Origin: Borreliella garinii
Lineage (GTDB): Bacteria > Spirochaetota > Spirochaetia > JABEVK01
Direction of reading: 5' to 3'
DNA: 61,235 bases
Assembly: GCA_020720765.1 (NCBI GenBank)
Contig: DYOB01000005.1
Span: 1 to 61,235, forward strand
The position numbers and the translations under genes were made by a program. Position 1 is the first letter of the stretch, and each line of letters starts with the position of its first letter. Under the pieces are notes generated by a model that was not told where the DNA came from, searched no databases, and was given only the letters and a program-made list of their open reading frames with translations. Of the stretch, positions 38,439-47,726 are shown piece by piece.

Positions 38439-39330
38439 ACAGCTTGTTTTTACCGGGCCGACAGGTTCGGGAAAATCGCACCTCCTACTTGAGACTCTCC
38501 AAAAAAAAGCAGAAATCATCTCCTGTGACTCGGTTCAGGTTTACCGCGGACTGGATATAGGGAGTGCAAAACCGACTCTGGCAGAACGCTCATTGATAAC
38601 CCACCACCTTGTGGATGTTCTGGACCCTATAGAACCGATGACCTTGGGTTTCTTTATCAGGGAGGCAAGTTCGGCGGTTAAAAATATTGAAAATAAGGGT
38701 TTGCTACCTGTTATCGCGGGCGGAACTATCTATTACCTTAGGCACTGGCTTCTGGGACCCCCCGAGGCACCACCTGTCGATGACCTTATCCGAAAGAAAG
38801 TCGAGGAACAGGTGAGAACCATGGGAATAGAAGAAGCCTACAAAAAGCTCTGTGAGGTCGATGAAACCAGCGGAAAAAGAATCCATCCCAACGACCATTA
38901 CCGCATTAAGAGGGCCTTGGAAGTCTGGGAACAGTCGGGCAAGCCCCTGTCCACTTTCTCTCAAACATCAAGGACGTCTATTGATCAATCCATAAGAGTT
39001 GTCTCCATTGAAGTCGAACGCGATGTGCTGAGAAAGACCTTGAGACAGAGGTGTGTTGAAATGTTTAAAAACGGCTGGGTGGATGAGGTGGCGACTCTTT
39101 TGAAAATGGGATTGCCTCCAGATTCTGAAGGACTCCGCACCTTGGGATATGCCCAGATCACCAGGGAGTTAACAGCGGGAAGAAACCCCGAACTTATAGT
39201 CGATGAAATCGTCCATCTTACCCAGCATTACGCAAAACGGCAAATGACCTTTCTCAGGTCACTTCCTGAAGTCACTTGGATACCTCCAGTAAAAGACCAT
39301 GTATTAAAAATTCTTGACGAGATGAATTAA
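38410..39330 (+). CDS. miaA: tRNA dimethylallyltransferase; needs a non-canonical start (ATA 38410, ATT 38419 or ATC 38422)
   Basis: GPTGSGKS and ISCDSVQVYRGLDIGSAKPT lie in frame upstream of the called TTG 38593; GGT, RIKRALEV and HYAKRQMTF lie downstream; in-frame stop at 38404. Confidence 0.9.
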   Translation: MKFIISSKTKQLVFTGPTGSGKSHLLLETLQKKAEIISCDSVQVYRGLDIGSAKPTLAERSLITHHLVDVLDPIEPMTLGFFIREASSAVKNIENKGLLPVIAGGTIYYLRHWLLGPPEAPPVDDLIRKKVEEQVRTMGIEEAYKKLCEVDETSGKRIHPNDHYRIKRALEVWEQSGKPLSTFSQTSRTSIDQSIRVVSIEVERDVLRKTLRQRCVEMFKNGWVDEVATLLKMGLPPDSEGLRTLGYAQITRELTAGRNPELIVDEIVHLTQHYAKRQMTFLRSLPEVTWIPPVKDHVLKILDEMN

Positions 39331-39372
39331 ACCAGCCTTTTCTAAGGAGTTGATAATGATTATCCTTTCTGC

Positions 39373-40290
39373 ATGGAGTCCATCCAAAACACCAACCATT
39401 TAGAAAAGAAGAAGCCTCTTCTCGGCCCTAAACCCGAGTGGCTGAAAATCACCAGCGTAAAGAACGAAGAATGGTCGGATATACGTGTTCAGTTAAAAAA
39501 ACGAAGACTCCATACTGTCTGTGAGGAAGCGTCGTGTCCGAATATCCATGAATGTTGGTCGGCCCGAACGGCGACCATTATGATTCTCGGTGACACCTGC
39601 ACCCGCGGCTGTAGATTTTGCAACGTAAAAACAGGAAATCCCGCAGGTCTTATCAACCACTCGGAGATAACAGGTACAAGCGAATTGGTGGCCTTGATGA
39701 AACTCAGGTACATTGTACTGACAAGCGTAGACCGGGACGACCTGAAGGACCATGGAGCTGGACATTTTGCCATGGTTATTGAAAGAATACACCTGGATCA
39801 CCCGGACGTTTATGTCGAGGCTTTAGTACCTGATTTTGGCGGGGACGAGGCGCGGATGGATATTCTTGCGGCTTCGAAGCCCTACGTTGTCGCACAAAAC
39901 ATGGAGACTGTTCGGCGTTTGACGCATCCTGTCAGGGATATCAGGGCGGGTTACGACATTACCTTGAGTTGCTTAAAATATTACAAAGAAAAGCACTCTA
40001 TGAGAACCAAAACCTCCTTGATGGTGGGCCTCGGTGAAATCTTAGATGAAATTGTTGCTACCCTGGATGATTTGCGTTCGGTTGGGTGTGATATCATCAC
40101 CTTCGGGCAATACCTCCAACCCACGTCCCGCCACTTGCCGGTTCAGAAATACTATACCCCCGAGGAGTTCCGGGAATTGAAAAAAATAGCTTACGAAAAG
40201 GGCTTTTCTTTTGTGGCTTCGGGACCGCTTGTCAGAAGTTCGTATAAAGCCGCAGACTATCTTGAATTTCAGCAAAAGGATCAAAGGTAA
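39373..40290 (+). CDS. lipA: Lipoyl synthase
   Basis: CEEASCPNIHEC, CTRGCRFC and RSSY. Confidence 0.95.
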   Translation: MESIQNTNHLEKKKPLLGPKPEWLKITSVKNEEWSDIRVQLKKRRLHTVCEEASCPNIHECWSARTATIMILGDTCTRGCRFCNVKTGNPAGLINHSEITGTSELVALMKLRYIVLTSVDRDDLKDHGAGHFAMVIERIHLDHPDVYVEALVPDFGGDEARMDILAASKPYVVAQNMETVRRLTHPVRDIRAGYDITLSCLKYYKEKHSMRTKTSLMVGLGEILDEIVATLDDLRSVGCDIITFGQYLQPTSRHLPVQKYYTPEEFRELKKIAYEKGFSFVASGPLVRSSYKAADYLEFQQKDQR

Positions 40291-40295
40291 GAATT

Positions 40296-40673
40296 TTGGA
40301 AAAAAAATACAGCGTCAGTGGTGAATGGATTCAGCGTCACGGTGCACTTTATCGCCTGGGAATGAGCCGGCTCAACGCCGATGAGTTGGGTGAAGTGACC
40401 TATGTCGGAAGCGCTGAAAAGGGAAAGATCCTGAAGGCCGGCGAGCCTGTTCTGGGTTTGGAGGCTGTTAAAGCCGCCATGGATTTTTATTCGCCGGTGG
40501 ACGGTGTTGTCGTTGCGACAAATCCGCTTTTAATCGAACAACCCCAGCTGGTCAATGAAAAACCCCTGGACGAAGGGTGGCTTGTCGAAGTCGAACTTGA
40601 AAAGGTCTCACAGTTGGAAGGTCTGCTTAGTGAAGAAGAGTATTTAAAAAGTCAGGGTGAAAACAACGCGTAG
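40296..40673 (+). CDS. gcvH: Glycine cleavage H-like lipoyl carrier protein
   Basis: LGEVTYV, EAVKAA (lipoyl Lys), YSPVDG and VNEKP...GWL. Confidence 0.85.
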   Translation: MEKKYSVSGEWIQRHGALYRLGMSRLNADELGEVTYVGSAEKGKILKAGEPVLGLEAVKAAMDFYSPVDGVVVATNPLLIEQPQLVNEKPLDEGWLVEVELEKVSQLEGLLSEEEYLKSQGENNA

Positions 40674-41397
40674 TTATCTCTGGCTTAGCGGAGCCTCCGA
40701 TGGCAAAACCAATATGGATAAGGACCGTGGTCTCTATGAAAAAGTCGAGACCGGGTGGGAGGGTTTCGTCCTCAGGTTGTACCGGTGGAAACCAGCTGCT
40801 CTGAGCCTGGGTGCAAATCAGGAATTGGAAAGTGTCGATACGTCTCTCGCAGAAAAACGATCGATCCCGGTTGTAAGACGGATAACCGGCGGGGGTGCCA
40901 TCCTCCACGACGACGAACTGACGTACAGCCTCGTTATGCCTCGGAGCTTTTTGAGTGATACTTCCGTTCCAGCGAGCCTTGAATTATTTTCCCGTTGCCT
41001 CAAAGAGTTTTATTCAGGATTAGGACTGTCACCGGTGTTAGCAAAAGATGGAGATATACAAGGCACCTTCGGAATGCGGACTAGTGCGTGCTTTGCCGGA
41101 AACGAAAAATGGGATTTATTGATAGGTGGAAGAAAACTTGGGGGTAACGCGCAGAAACGCGGAAGAAAGGCCGTATTCCAGCATGGTTCGATACCTCTGA
41201 CTCTGGATTGGCCTCTTGTATGTTCTCTGACAAGGACTTTTCCCACGCCTTCGGTTCCCCAGAGTCTAACCGATGCCTTGGAAGTTTTGGGCGAAACCCT
41301 TCCCAATTCAGAGGAGCTTGAAAGGCGTTTGGCTGAAGCGTTCGGGCGTGTTCTGGGTTGTGAATGGATCAATTTTAAGGAGGAAAATCTTGGCTGA
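40657..41397 (+). CDS. Lipoate-protein ligase/octanoyltransferase (LipM/LplA family)
   Basis: NMDKD, LRLYRW, VVRRITGGGAILHD, RKLGGNAQ and QHGSI. Confidence 0.9.
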   Translation: MKTTRSYLWLSGASDGKTNMDKDRGLYEKVETGWEGFVLRLYRWKPAALSLGANQELESVDTSLAEKRSIPVVRRITGGGAILHDDELTYSLVMPRSFLSDTSVPASLELFSRCLKEFYSGLGLSPVLAKDGDIQGTFGMRTSACFAGNEKWDLLIGGRKLGGNAQKRGRKAVFQHGSIPLTLDWPLVCSLTRTFPTPSVPQSLTDALEVLGETLPNSEELERRLAEAFGRVLGCEWINFKEENLG

Positions 41398-42100
41398 AAT
41401 CAAACTTCCAGTGCTAGGCGGGGGCGAAGTCACGCTCAATCCTAGAAATCTCATCGCAGTAGGTTTAAATTACCGCGAGCACGTTGCAGAAAGTCTGAAC
41501 TACAACGTCGATGAACTGGGTATACCAGCCAGACCTATTTTGTTCAACAAACTTCCGGGTGTCTTGCTGGCCCCTGGAGAGGCTATTATCCTTCCAAGGC
41601 TTCCGCAGGAAGAAGGTTGGGAGCAGCCTCGCACGGACTACGAGGCCGAGTTGGCTTGTGTCCTGACGAGCGGGGGAAAAAACCTGACAGAGGAAGAAGC
41701 ATTCCTTTCGATAGGTTACTACACTTGCTTCAATGACGTCAGCCAGAGGGACATCCAGAAAAACGACGCCTCGGGATGGTTTAGAGGTAAGAGTTTCGAT
41801 ACCTTTGGACCGGTAGGGCCTGTTCTAGTCCCAAGAGAAACACTTGGAAAGGCGGGGAATTTAAGAATTCAGGCGCAGTTGAACGGTAAGTTAGTCCAGG
41901 ACGCCAGCACTTCCCAGATGATCTTTTCTCCCACGCAGTTGATTTCATATATCAGCAGGAACTTTACTCTCTACCCCGGGGATATCATCATCACAGGAAC
42001 CCCCGGAGGTATCGGCCCCCTCCACGAAGGGGACACTATCGAGATTATCATCGAAGGTATTGGAACCTTGACCAATACCGTCCAGGACGAATTATTCTAA
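41390..42100 (+). CDS. Fumarylacetoacetate hydrolase family protein (TTG start at 41390)
   Basis: AVGLNYREH, DYEAEL, NDVSQRD, GKSFDTF and PGDIIITGTPGG; AGGAGG SD. Confidence 0.92.
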   Translation: MAEIKLPVLGGGEVTLNPRNLIAVGLNYREHVAESLNYNVDELGIPARPILFNKLPGVLLAPGEAIILPRLPQEEGWEQPRTDYEAELACVLTSGGKNLTEEEAFLSIGYYTCFNDVSQRDIQKNDASGWFRGKSFDTFGPVGPVLVPRETLGKAGNLRIQAQLNGKLVQDASTSQMIFSPTQLISYISRNFTLYPGDIIITGTPGGIGPLHEGDTIEIIIEGIGTLTNTVQDELF

Positions 42101-42469
42101 GACGGCTATAAGCTCGATCTCCACCAGGGCTTTCCTCGGAAGGCCAGCCACAGCAACCGTGCTTCGCGCGGGTTTATGAGGTCCGAAATGCTCCTCGTAA
42201 ACCTTGTTAAATTCTGCAAAATGTGCCATGTCCGTAAGAAAAGCTGTTGTCTTGACGACATGGGAAAAGTCCATCTTAGCCGCTCGAAGCACCGCTTCCA
42301 GGTTGAGGAGGACTTGGTGGGTTTGTTCCTGGATCCCTCCGCTAACGAGTTCGCCCGTTTTAAGGTCTATTCCCAGCTGACCGCTCAACCAGAGGTGTTT
42401 ACGCACCTTGATCCCTTGCGAGTACGGGCCAATCGCTTTAGGCGCCTCTTTTGATTCTATGATTTCCAT
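42092..42469 (-). CDS. ridA: RidA/YjgF enamine-imine deaminase
   Basis: APKAIGPYSQ, SGQL, PARSTVAV and LVEIE. Confidence 0.93.
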   Translation of the reverse strand: MEIIESKEAPKAIGPYSQGIKVRKHLWLSGQLGIDLKTGELVSGGIQEQTHQVLLNLEAVLRAAKMDFSHVVKTTAFLTDMAHFAEFNKVYEEHFGPHKPARSTVAVAGLPRKALVEIELIAVLE

Positions 42470-44010
42470 GATTCCTCCTTAAAAAAATTCCATCCTCTTT
42501 TCCATCGTGTTAACCAAGCTAACCGGGCACCCTCGCTAGGCCACCTTTCCAAGGTTGCGGCGGCGGGTTTCAACCATTCCTCCCACGTGTGAAAAAGAAG
42601 GGGGTTTTGAGGTTGAATCGGGTTAGCTTTAAGTTTCAAGTATTCCATCCGGCAGTCTTCCCACCGTGAAGTTGTTGGAATATCTGTTTGTGGAGTTTTA
42701 GGTTCGGGAAGTTCTCCGCCCCGGGTCAGTTCTTTCCAGTCCGCGCTTTCAGCAACGCGTAGTCCTTGAACGGGCCAGCCTGGGGAGGCTCGGACTCCCG
42801 GAGGAATCCAGGAATTCGAGAGTGCCCCCTCCATCCATTTAGCGTAGAGCGGCATGCGCTGGTCGCTGAGCCAAAGAGAGCCTTCCTCATCCCTTGTCCT
42901 CATGAGTTTCGAGGACCAGAAAGTTGAACTGTTCAGTGTCTCGAGGGGCGATAACCTGTTTACAGCCCTTTGGTGCAGTTTGTGGATAAGGCTGGGTCTT
43001 GAATGACTCCTCCAGCCCGAATAGGCCAGGTCCAGGCCCACCCAAATAATCTGTTTGACGCCGAGATATCCTGCTAGAGTACCTGCCGCCATGGCGACGC
43101 TTCCGCCGCTGTACAAATGGGGAAGGGAGTCCGCCTCGATATCCTTAAGCATGGGAATCGAGGAACCCGAAAGATAAACCCGGCCGCGGTACCTTCGAAG
43201 GACGCTTGGCGGCGTCACCCATTCGCCTACGAGCAGCGTATTATTAGGCAGGGTGAGGTCCATATGCCGGCTGTTCCAGTACTGCGAATCCATACTGACC
43301 ACGATGTCGGGTTCGACACCGTGACTGAGCAGGGTCGAAATGGCTGTGTCAACTGCAATCATCACAAAAGCTTTCTCTTTTGTAAGGGTTTTTAGCCGAG
43401 CAATTTGTCCTTCAAGACTAGGGCCGGCAGCAAAGATAACGGCGTTTTTTCCCTTGTAAACTTCTTTCAAATTGTTAAGAGAATAATATCCGCTGCACGA
43501 ACCGATATTTTTTTGTGCCTGCCTTCCCCATAAGGATCCAAAGCGCTCTAAAGTTCTTTCGTTGACGTTAAGTCTGTCCAAAGTATCGCATAGACTCTGG
43601 TGGGCTGTTTTGATCTCGGGTTCGTCCTCGAGCCCCGGGTGTATTAGGATGTGGATGTGTTCGGGAAGGAAACCTTGGAGAAGCGGCGTCGGCACTCCCT
43701 CCTGACCCGAGAGAAACACAATCCAAGGATCGCTCTCAGACCAACCGGGGTAGGACCGGGAGGCCTGGGCCCTTTCGTTATGCGGTTCCCAAGCCACCAG
43801 GACCCTTTCGGGCTGATGTTGTCGGAGAGCCTTGATAAGGTGTCCGCTTCCCCATCCTAGTAAAACCAGAGCCGCACCAGTCGTGAGGGCAGAGGCCCTT
43901 CTACGAGCGTCTTCATCAGGTTTATAGGAACTCGTGAGGGTTTTTCCCTTCCAGGTGATTCCAATTCCGCCAGGTCCGGGTTTTTGAACCCAATCGGAAC
44001 TTGGGATCAT
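42457..44010 (-). CDS. Maf/DUF115 (motility accessory factor, MptE-like) family protein
   Basis: AAGPSL, IAVDTA, PDIVVSMD, GGSVA and WVGLDLAY. Confidence 0.85.
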   Translation of the reverse strand: MIPSSDWVQKPGPGGIGITWKGKTLTSSYKPDEDARRRASALTTGAALVLLGWGSGHLIKALRQHQPERVLVAWEPHNERAQASRSYPGWSESDPWIVFLSGQEGVPTPLLQGFLPEHIHILIHPGLEDEPEIKTAHQSLCDTLDRLNVNERTLERFGSLWGRQAQKNIGSCSGYYSLNNLKEVYKGKNAVIFAAGPSLEGQIARLKTLTKEKAFVMIAVDTAISTLLSHGVEPDIVVSMDSQYWNSRHMDLTLPNNTLLVGEWVTPPSVLRRYRGRVYLSGSSIPMLKDIEADSLPHLYSGGSVAMAAGTLAGYLGVKQIIWVGLDLAYSGWRSHSRPSLIHKLHQRAVNRLSPLETLNSSTFWSSKLMRTRDEEGSLWLSDQRMPLYAKWMEGALSNSWIPPGVRASPGWPVQGLRVAESADWKELTRGGELPEPKTPQTDIPTTSRWEDCRMEYLKLKANPIQPQNPLLFHTWEEWLKPAAATLERWPSEGARLAWLTRWKRGWNFFKEESWKS

Positions 44011-45863
44011 TCGAATTCCAATGTCAGGGTCATTCCCTCCTGGAAAGGGGATCCCGCCGGAGGGTCTTGCTTCTTAACGTGGCCTTCTCCGAGAAACCGT
44101 ACTTGGATGTCGTCGCGGGCTAAAAGGGGAAGAAGCGTTCTTTTTGCCAATCCCCTGTAATCTGGAAGAGTATCGGCTATAGGCGGTAGGCTTGGGCGCT
44201 GGACCCTGATCTCTCCTTCATGGTCGAGTATCTGGTCTCCTTCCCTGGCTACCCCGTAGAGGAGCACAAGGTTTTCCGCAATTTCCCTTGCTGCCGGAGC
44301 TGCCACCATACCGCCGTGGATACTGGACCCTTGAGGGTTATTGACGGCGACGTAAATAATGTATTCGGGTTTCCGGGCTGGAATAAAGGTCATGATACTG
44401 GCTATAAACTGCGAATCGGAATAGGTTCCTGTTTCTTCGTCGAGCACCTGTGATGTTCCTGTTTTACCGCCTACCTCGACCCCTCTTATACTCGCTAGGT
44501 TCCCGAAACCCATATCGACGCTGGCCCTGAGCATTTCGAGCATTTCTGTGGACGTTTCCGGAGTGAGAACCCTGCGCATTTCCTCTCTCACGCTCTCATA
44601 AATGATTTCACCCCGTGGAGACAGGACCCTTCGGACGTAATGGGGTTTTAGCAAGACGCCCGAATTAGAGACAGCTGTTGCCGCCTGCATCAACTGAAGG
44701 GCCGTCAAGCCTATTTCCTGACCGAAAGCAACTGTAGGTTTTGTCCTGTAGGACCAACGGTTGACGGGTGCCAAAATTCCTTCTGATTCTCCGGAAAAAG
44801 GGGCACCCGTTGCACTCCCAAAACCAAAAGCCCTCAGTCCGTTGGAGAAGGTTTCCGGGTCGAGGTTATCGCTGGCCTGGGCAATTCCTGAATTACAGCT
44901 CACCTGGAGTATAGCCATGGGGTCGACGACCCCGTGAACACCGTTGCATTTGATACGGATAACCTCTGAGTTCGGGGCGGTTTTTTCATAGTATCCGTTG
45001 CAGACATACGTGGACCGTGTCGTGATGGCCCTGCTTTCTAAGAGTACGGAAAGGCTGAAGATTTTAAACACCGATCCCGGTTCATAAATCGTTTCAACCA
45101 TGTGGTTTTTACGGACATCCGGGGTGACGAGCCCGAATTGGCTTGGAGGAAAACCGGGGAGTTGAGTCATGGCGAGCATTTCACCTGTTGGAGCGTGGAG
45201 AACAAGAGCTGTTATTCTGTCTCCTTTATTAAGGGTAAGAGTTTTAGCTGCGATTTCTTCCACAAGGTATTGAAGTGAACTGTCCATGGTTAGATAAACA
45301 TCGGACCCTTGTAGGAAAGCCCTATCGTTGATCTCGGTCGGCATAAGAACGTTGTTATAGGAGTATTCAACCCCTGCCAGACCGACGTTATCCGTACCTA
45401 CAAACCCCAACCAGTGTGCTCCTAGGTTTTCCATGGGGTAGACCCTCCCGAATTCTTCCTGGAGCTGTACACCTGATAAAGCACCCGAACGCAATAATTC
45501 CTTCATGGCACGGCTTTCTGCGGGAAGGATTTTACGTTTGATATACAAGAAACCATCAGAATCCCGCATGCGTTGGAGCAGGGCCGATTCCTCGATGTTG
45601 AGCGTTTGGGAAAGCAACTTTGCCGTTGAGGCGACATCCTCGACGTTGGGCATCCAAGCACTTACTGTATCGAGCTTCACCGTTCCTGCCAGGAGTTTGC
45701 CGTTGCGGTCGTAGATATTTCCACGCTCTACGATGGGAAGTAGGATGGAGGGCTGACCATCCCCATCTGTGTCGAAAACCATGATTCGTGCGAATTGAAA
45801 AAGGATATAGAGTGCTAAAACTCCTAAAGCGATCACAATAACGAGGATACGTGTTCGGTTCAT
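44007..45863 (-). CDS. Class B penicillin-binding protein (FtsI-like) with a C-terminal PASTA domain
   Basis: ERGNIYDRNG, YEPGSVFK (SxxK), SCN and GKTGT motifs; C-terminal PASTA. Confidence 0.93.
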   Translation of the reverse strand: MNRTRILVIVIALGVLALYILFQFARIMVFDTDGDGQPSILLPIVERGNIYDRNGKLLAGTVKLDTVSAWMPNVEDVASTAKLLSQTLNIEESALLQRMRDSDGFLYIKRKILPAESRAMKELLRSGALSGVQLQEEFGRVYPMENLGAHWLGFVGTDNVGLAGVEYSYNNVLMPTEINDRAFLQGSDVYLTMDSSLQYLVEEIAAKTLTLNKGDRITALVLHAPTGEMLAMTQLPGFPPSQFGLVTPDVRKNHMVETIYEPGSVFKIFSLSVLLESRAITTRSTYVCNGYYEKTAPNSEVIRIKCNGVHGVVDPMAILQVSCNSGIAQASDNLDPETFSNGLRAFGFGSATGAPFSGESEGILAPVNRWSYRTKPTVAFGQEIGLTALQLMQAATAVSNSGVLLKPHYVRRVLSPRGEIIYESVREEMRRVLTPETSTEMLEMLRASVDMGFGNLASIRGVEVGGKTGTSQVLDEETGTYSDSQFIASIMTFIPARKPEYIIYVAVNNPQGSSIHGGMVAAPAAREIAENLVLLYGVAREGDQILDHEGEIRVQRPSLPPIADTLPDYRGLAKRTLLPLLARDDIQVRFLGEGHVKKQDPPAGSPFQEGMTLTLEFE

Positions 45864-46459
45864 CAGAAAGAGAATAACACCAAGCCCGTTAGAAAGGCAA
45901 TCGGGACGGTCCCGTAGTCTCGCGAATCGGTGCTTCGTGAATCATTGATGCCTACTAAAAAAACTCTGCCCTCGGGGACGGTCTTTAACCCCTGCAAGCC
46001 CTGTCGTTGATAGTCGAGGATGGGTGTCGGGCCAAAGCTCCATTCGAGTCCATTCCGGCTGAGTAGTATTTTTTCTCCGCCGGGTATTGCCACCATTTTC
46101 ATGGATTCCTTAAGGTGAACCGGGTGGTAAAATGTCACGACTTCTCCAACTGCAGGGGTCTTCCAAAAAAAGAGGTACTTGTTTAGGATAGGTAGGAGTG
46201 GACCGAATGCCCAACGAAAGACGACTACGTGCGAACCATTGCGGTAGGAAGGTTCCATCGACTCGCCGTTGACCGACTTGATTTCGAAGAGCGTGGTGAA
46301 AAGAAGGACAGAAAAACTCAGAATGAAAAGTATCAGTAGGATATTTTTTAAGGGGTTCTTGTCAGATTTAGGTAAATTGACAAGTTTATCAATCCGATGA
46401 TAAGAGGGGAGGGAGACATGATTGTTCCTGTTAGTACGCAAGAGATAAAACCCCGCCAC
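45863..46459 (-). CDS. lepB: Signal peptidase I family protein (start uncertain)
   Basis: TM followed by VNGESMEPS (Ser), SMKMV (Lys) and FLVGIN...STDSRDYG. Confidence 0.8.
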   Translation of the reverse strand: MAGFYLLRTNRNNHVSLPSYHRIDKLVNLPKSDKNPLKNILLILFILSFSVLLFTTLFEIKSVNGESMEPSYRNGSHVVVFRWAFGPLLPILNKYLFFWKTPAVGEVVTFYHPVHLKESMKMVAIPGGEKILLSRNGLEWSFGPTPILDYQRQGLQGLKTVPEGRVFLVGINDSRSTDSRDYGTVPIAFLTGLVLFSF

Positions 46460-47521
46460 AGATTCGTGGAAAACGCCAAGGTTCTAAATCCGGTGCTGAA
46501 AATACAATCAGCACTTTTAGGTTGGGAAAAGTCATTAAGACAAAGTATCCATAAACAGCCAGCCTTACAACTTCCCTTTCTTGCAGCGTTACCTATATTT
46601 TTTTTAACAGCAGCTATCATCGGACCCTTTGTGATGGTACAGAATGCTCCAAATTGGCTCGCCATGGGTTTTTCCCTTCCAGCTGATGCTTCTGTTGAAA
46701 ACCTTCTTCTTTCGATCAACGATCCCTACTCTCTGCCAGAAGCCGTCACCGATACCTCCGCAGGTCTTGAGGCGGAGGAAATCCAGGAAATTTTCCTTCC
46801 TGTCTCCTTTAAGGAACATTCGCTCGGCAGTGGGGAGTCCTTGTCAGGCTTGTCTTTAGAATATAATGTCCAGGTCGGAACGATCATAAGCTGGAATGAA
46901 ATTCGCAACGCCCGCCGTTTACCCGCCGGTGTCGACCTTGAGATACCATCTTACGACGGTGTCCGTTATACGGTTAAGCGCGGAGATAGTCTGAGCAGTA
47001 TAGCCCAGGCGAGGGCTGTAGATTATAATGCCATACTTGATGCAAATAATATGGACTCACCCGTTGTAACACCAGGACAAACGCTCTTCCTGCCCGGTGC
47101 AAGCATGACAAGAACAGAACTTCGTTCCGCCATGGGTGAGCTTTTTATCTTCCCAACCCAGGGACGACTATCCTCCCGCTACGGTTGGCGACGTGATCCT
47201 TTTACAGGGATACGGAGTTTCCATAACGGTATAGATCTGGCAAACAGGGTGGGTACACCTGTAAGAGCCTCGATGGAAGGCACAGTCAGCGATGTCGGTT
47301 ACCATTCGGGTTATGGAAATTATGTTGTGATTCGACATAGCGGTGGGTACCAGACACTTTACGGCCATCTCCAGAGTTACAGTATCAGAAAAGGTCAGAG
47401 CGTGGCTCAAGGTCAGGTCATAGCCAGGATGGGAAGTACAGGGTATTCCACGGGTAGCCACCTTCATTTTACAGTGTTTTTAAGAAATAAAGATATCGAT
47501 CCCATGAGAGTTCTGTATTAG
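46418..47521 (+). CDS. LysM-LysM-M23 peptidoglycan endopeptidase
   Basis: TM, two LysM domains, HNGIDL, TLYGHL and STGSHLHF; GGAGGG SD before ATG 46418. Confidence 0.93.
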   Translation: MIVPVSTQEIKPRHRFVENAKVLNPVLKIQSALLGWEKSLRQSIHKQPALQLPFLAALPIFFLTAAIIGPFVMVQNAPNWLAMGFSLPADASVENLLLSINDPYSLPEAVTDTSAGLEAEEIQEIFLPVSFKEHSLGSGESLSGLSLEYNVQVGTIISWNEIRNARRLPAGVDLEIPSYDGVRYTVKRGDSLSSIAQARAVDYNAILDANNMDSPVVTPGQTLFLPGASMTRTELRSAMGELFIFPTQGRLSSRYGWRRDPFTGIRSFHNGIDLANRVGTPVRASMEGTVSDVGYHSGYGNYVVIRHSGGYQTLYGHLQSYSIRKGQSVAQGQVIARMGSTGYSTGSHLHFTVFLRNKDIDPMRVLY

Positions 47522-47531
47522 GAAGGTAAAA

Positions 47532-47654
47532 ATGAGGATTACAGTGATTTTCGCCGCTATTCTTTTGGCGGTATTTGTCTCGGTGAGCGCACTTACAAGT
47601 GTCGTTGAACAACAGGTCCTAAATGTATCTTATGAGACTTCCGCCCCTTTATAA
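47532..47654 (+). CDS. Unannotated 40-aa small membrane/secreted peptide (MRITVIFAAILLAVFVSVSALTSVVEQQVLNVSYETSAPL)
   Basis: GGAAGG SD, ATG 47532, TAA 47652-54, N-terminal hydrophobic helix; below the ORF track cut-off. Confidence 0.55.
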   Translation: MRITVIFAAILLAVFVSVSALTSVVEQQVLNVSYETSAPL

Positions 47655-47726
47655 ATAAAAATATTGCCACACGGATTCATGAATAATCTCCTGGCATAGT
47701 TAGCTTTCATGGATTATGTTTGAACC

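Noticed and set aside
38501-38508. A8 tract in miaA as a frameshift or phase-variation site
   Set aside because: The reading frame is continuous through it, so it does not explain the missing start.
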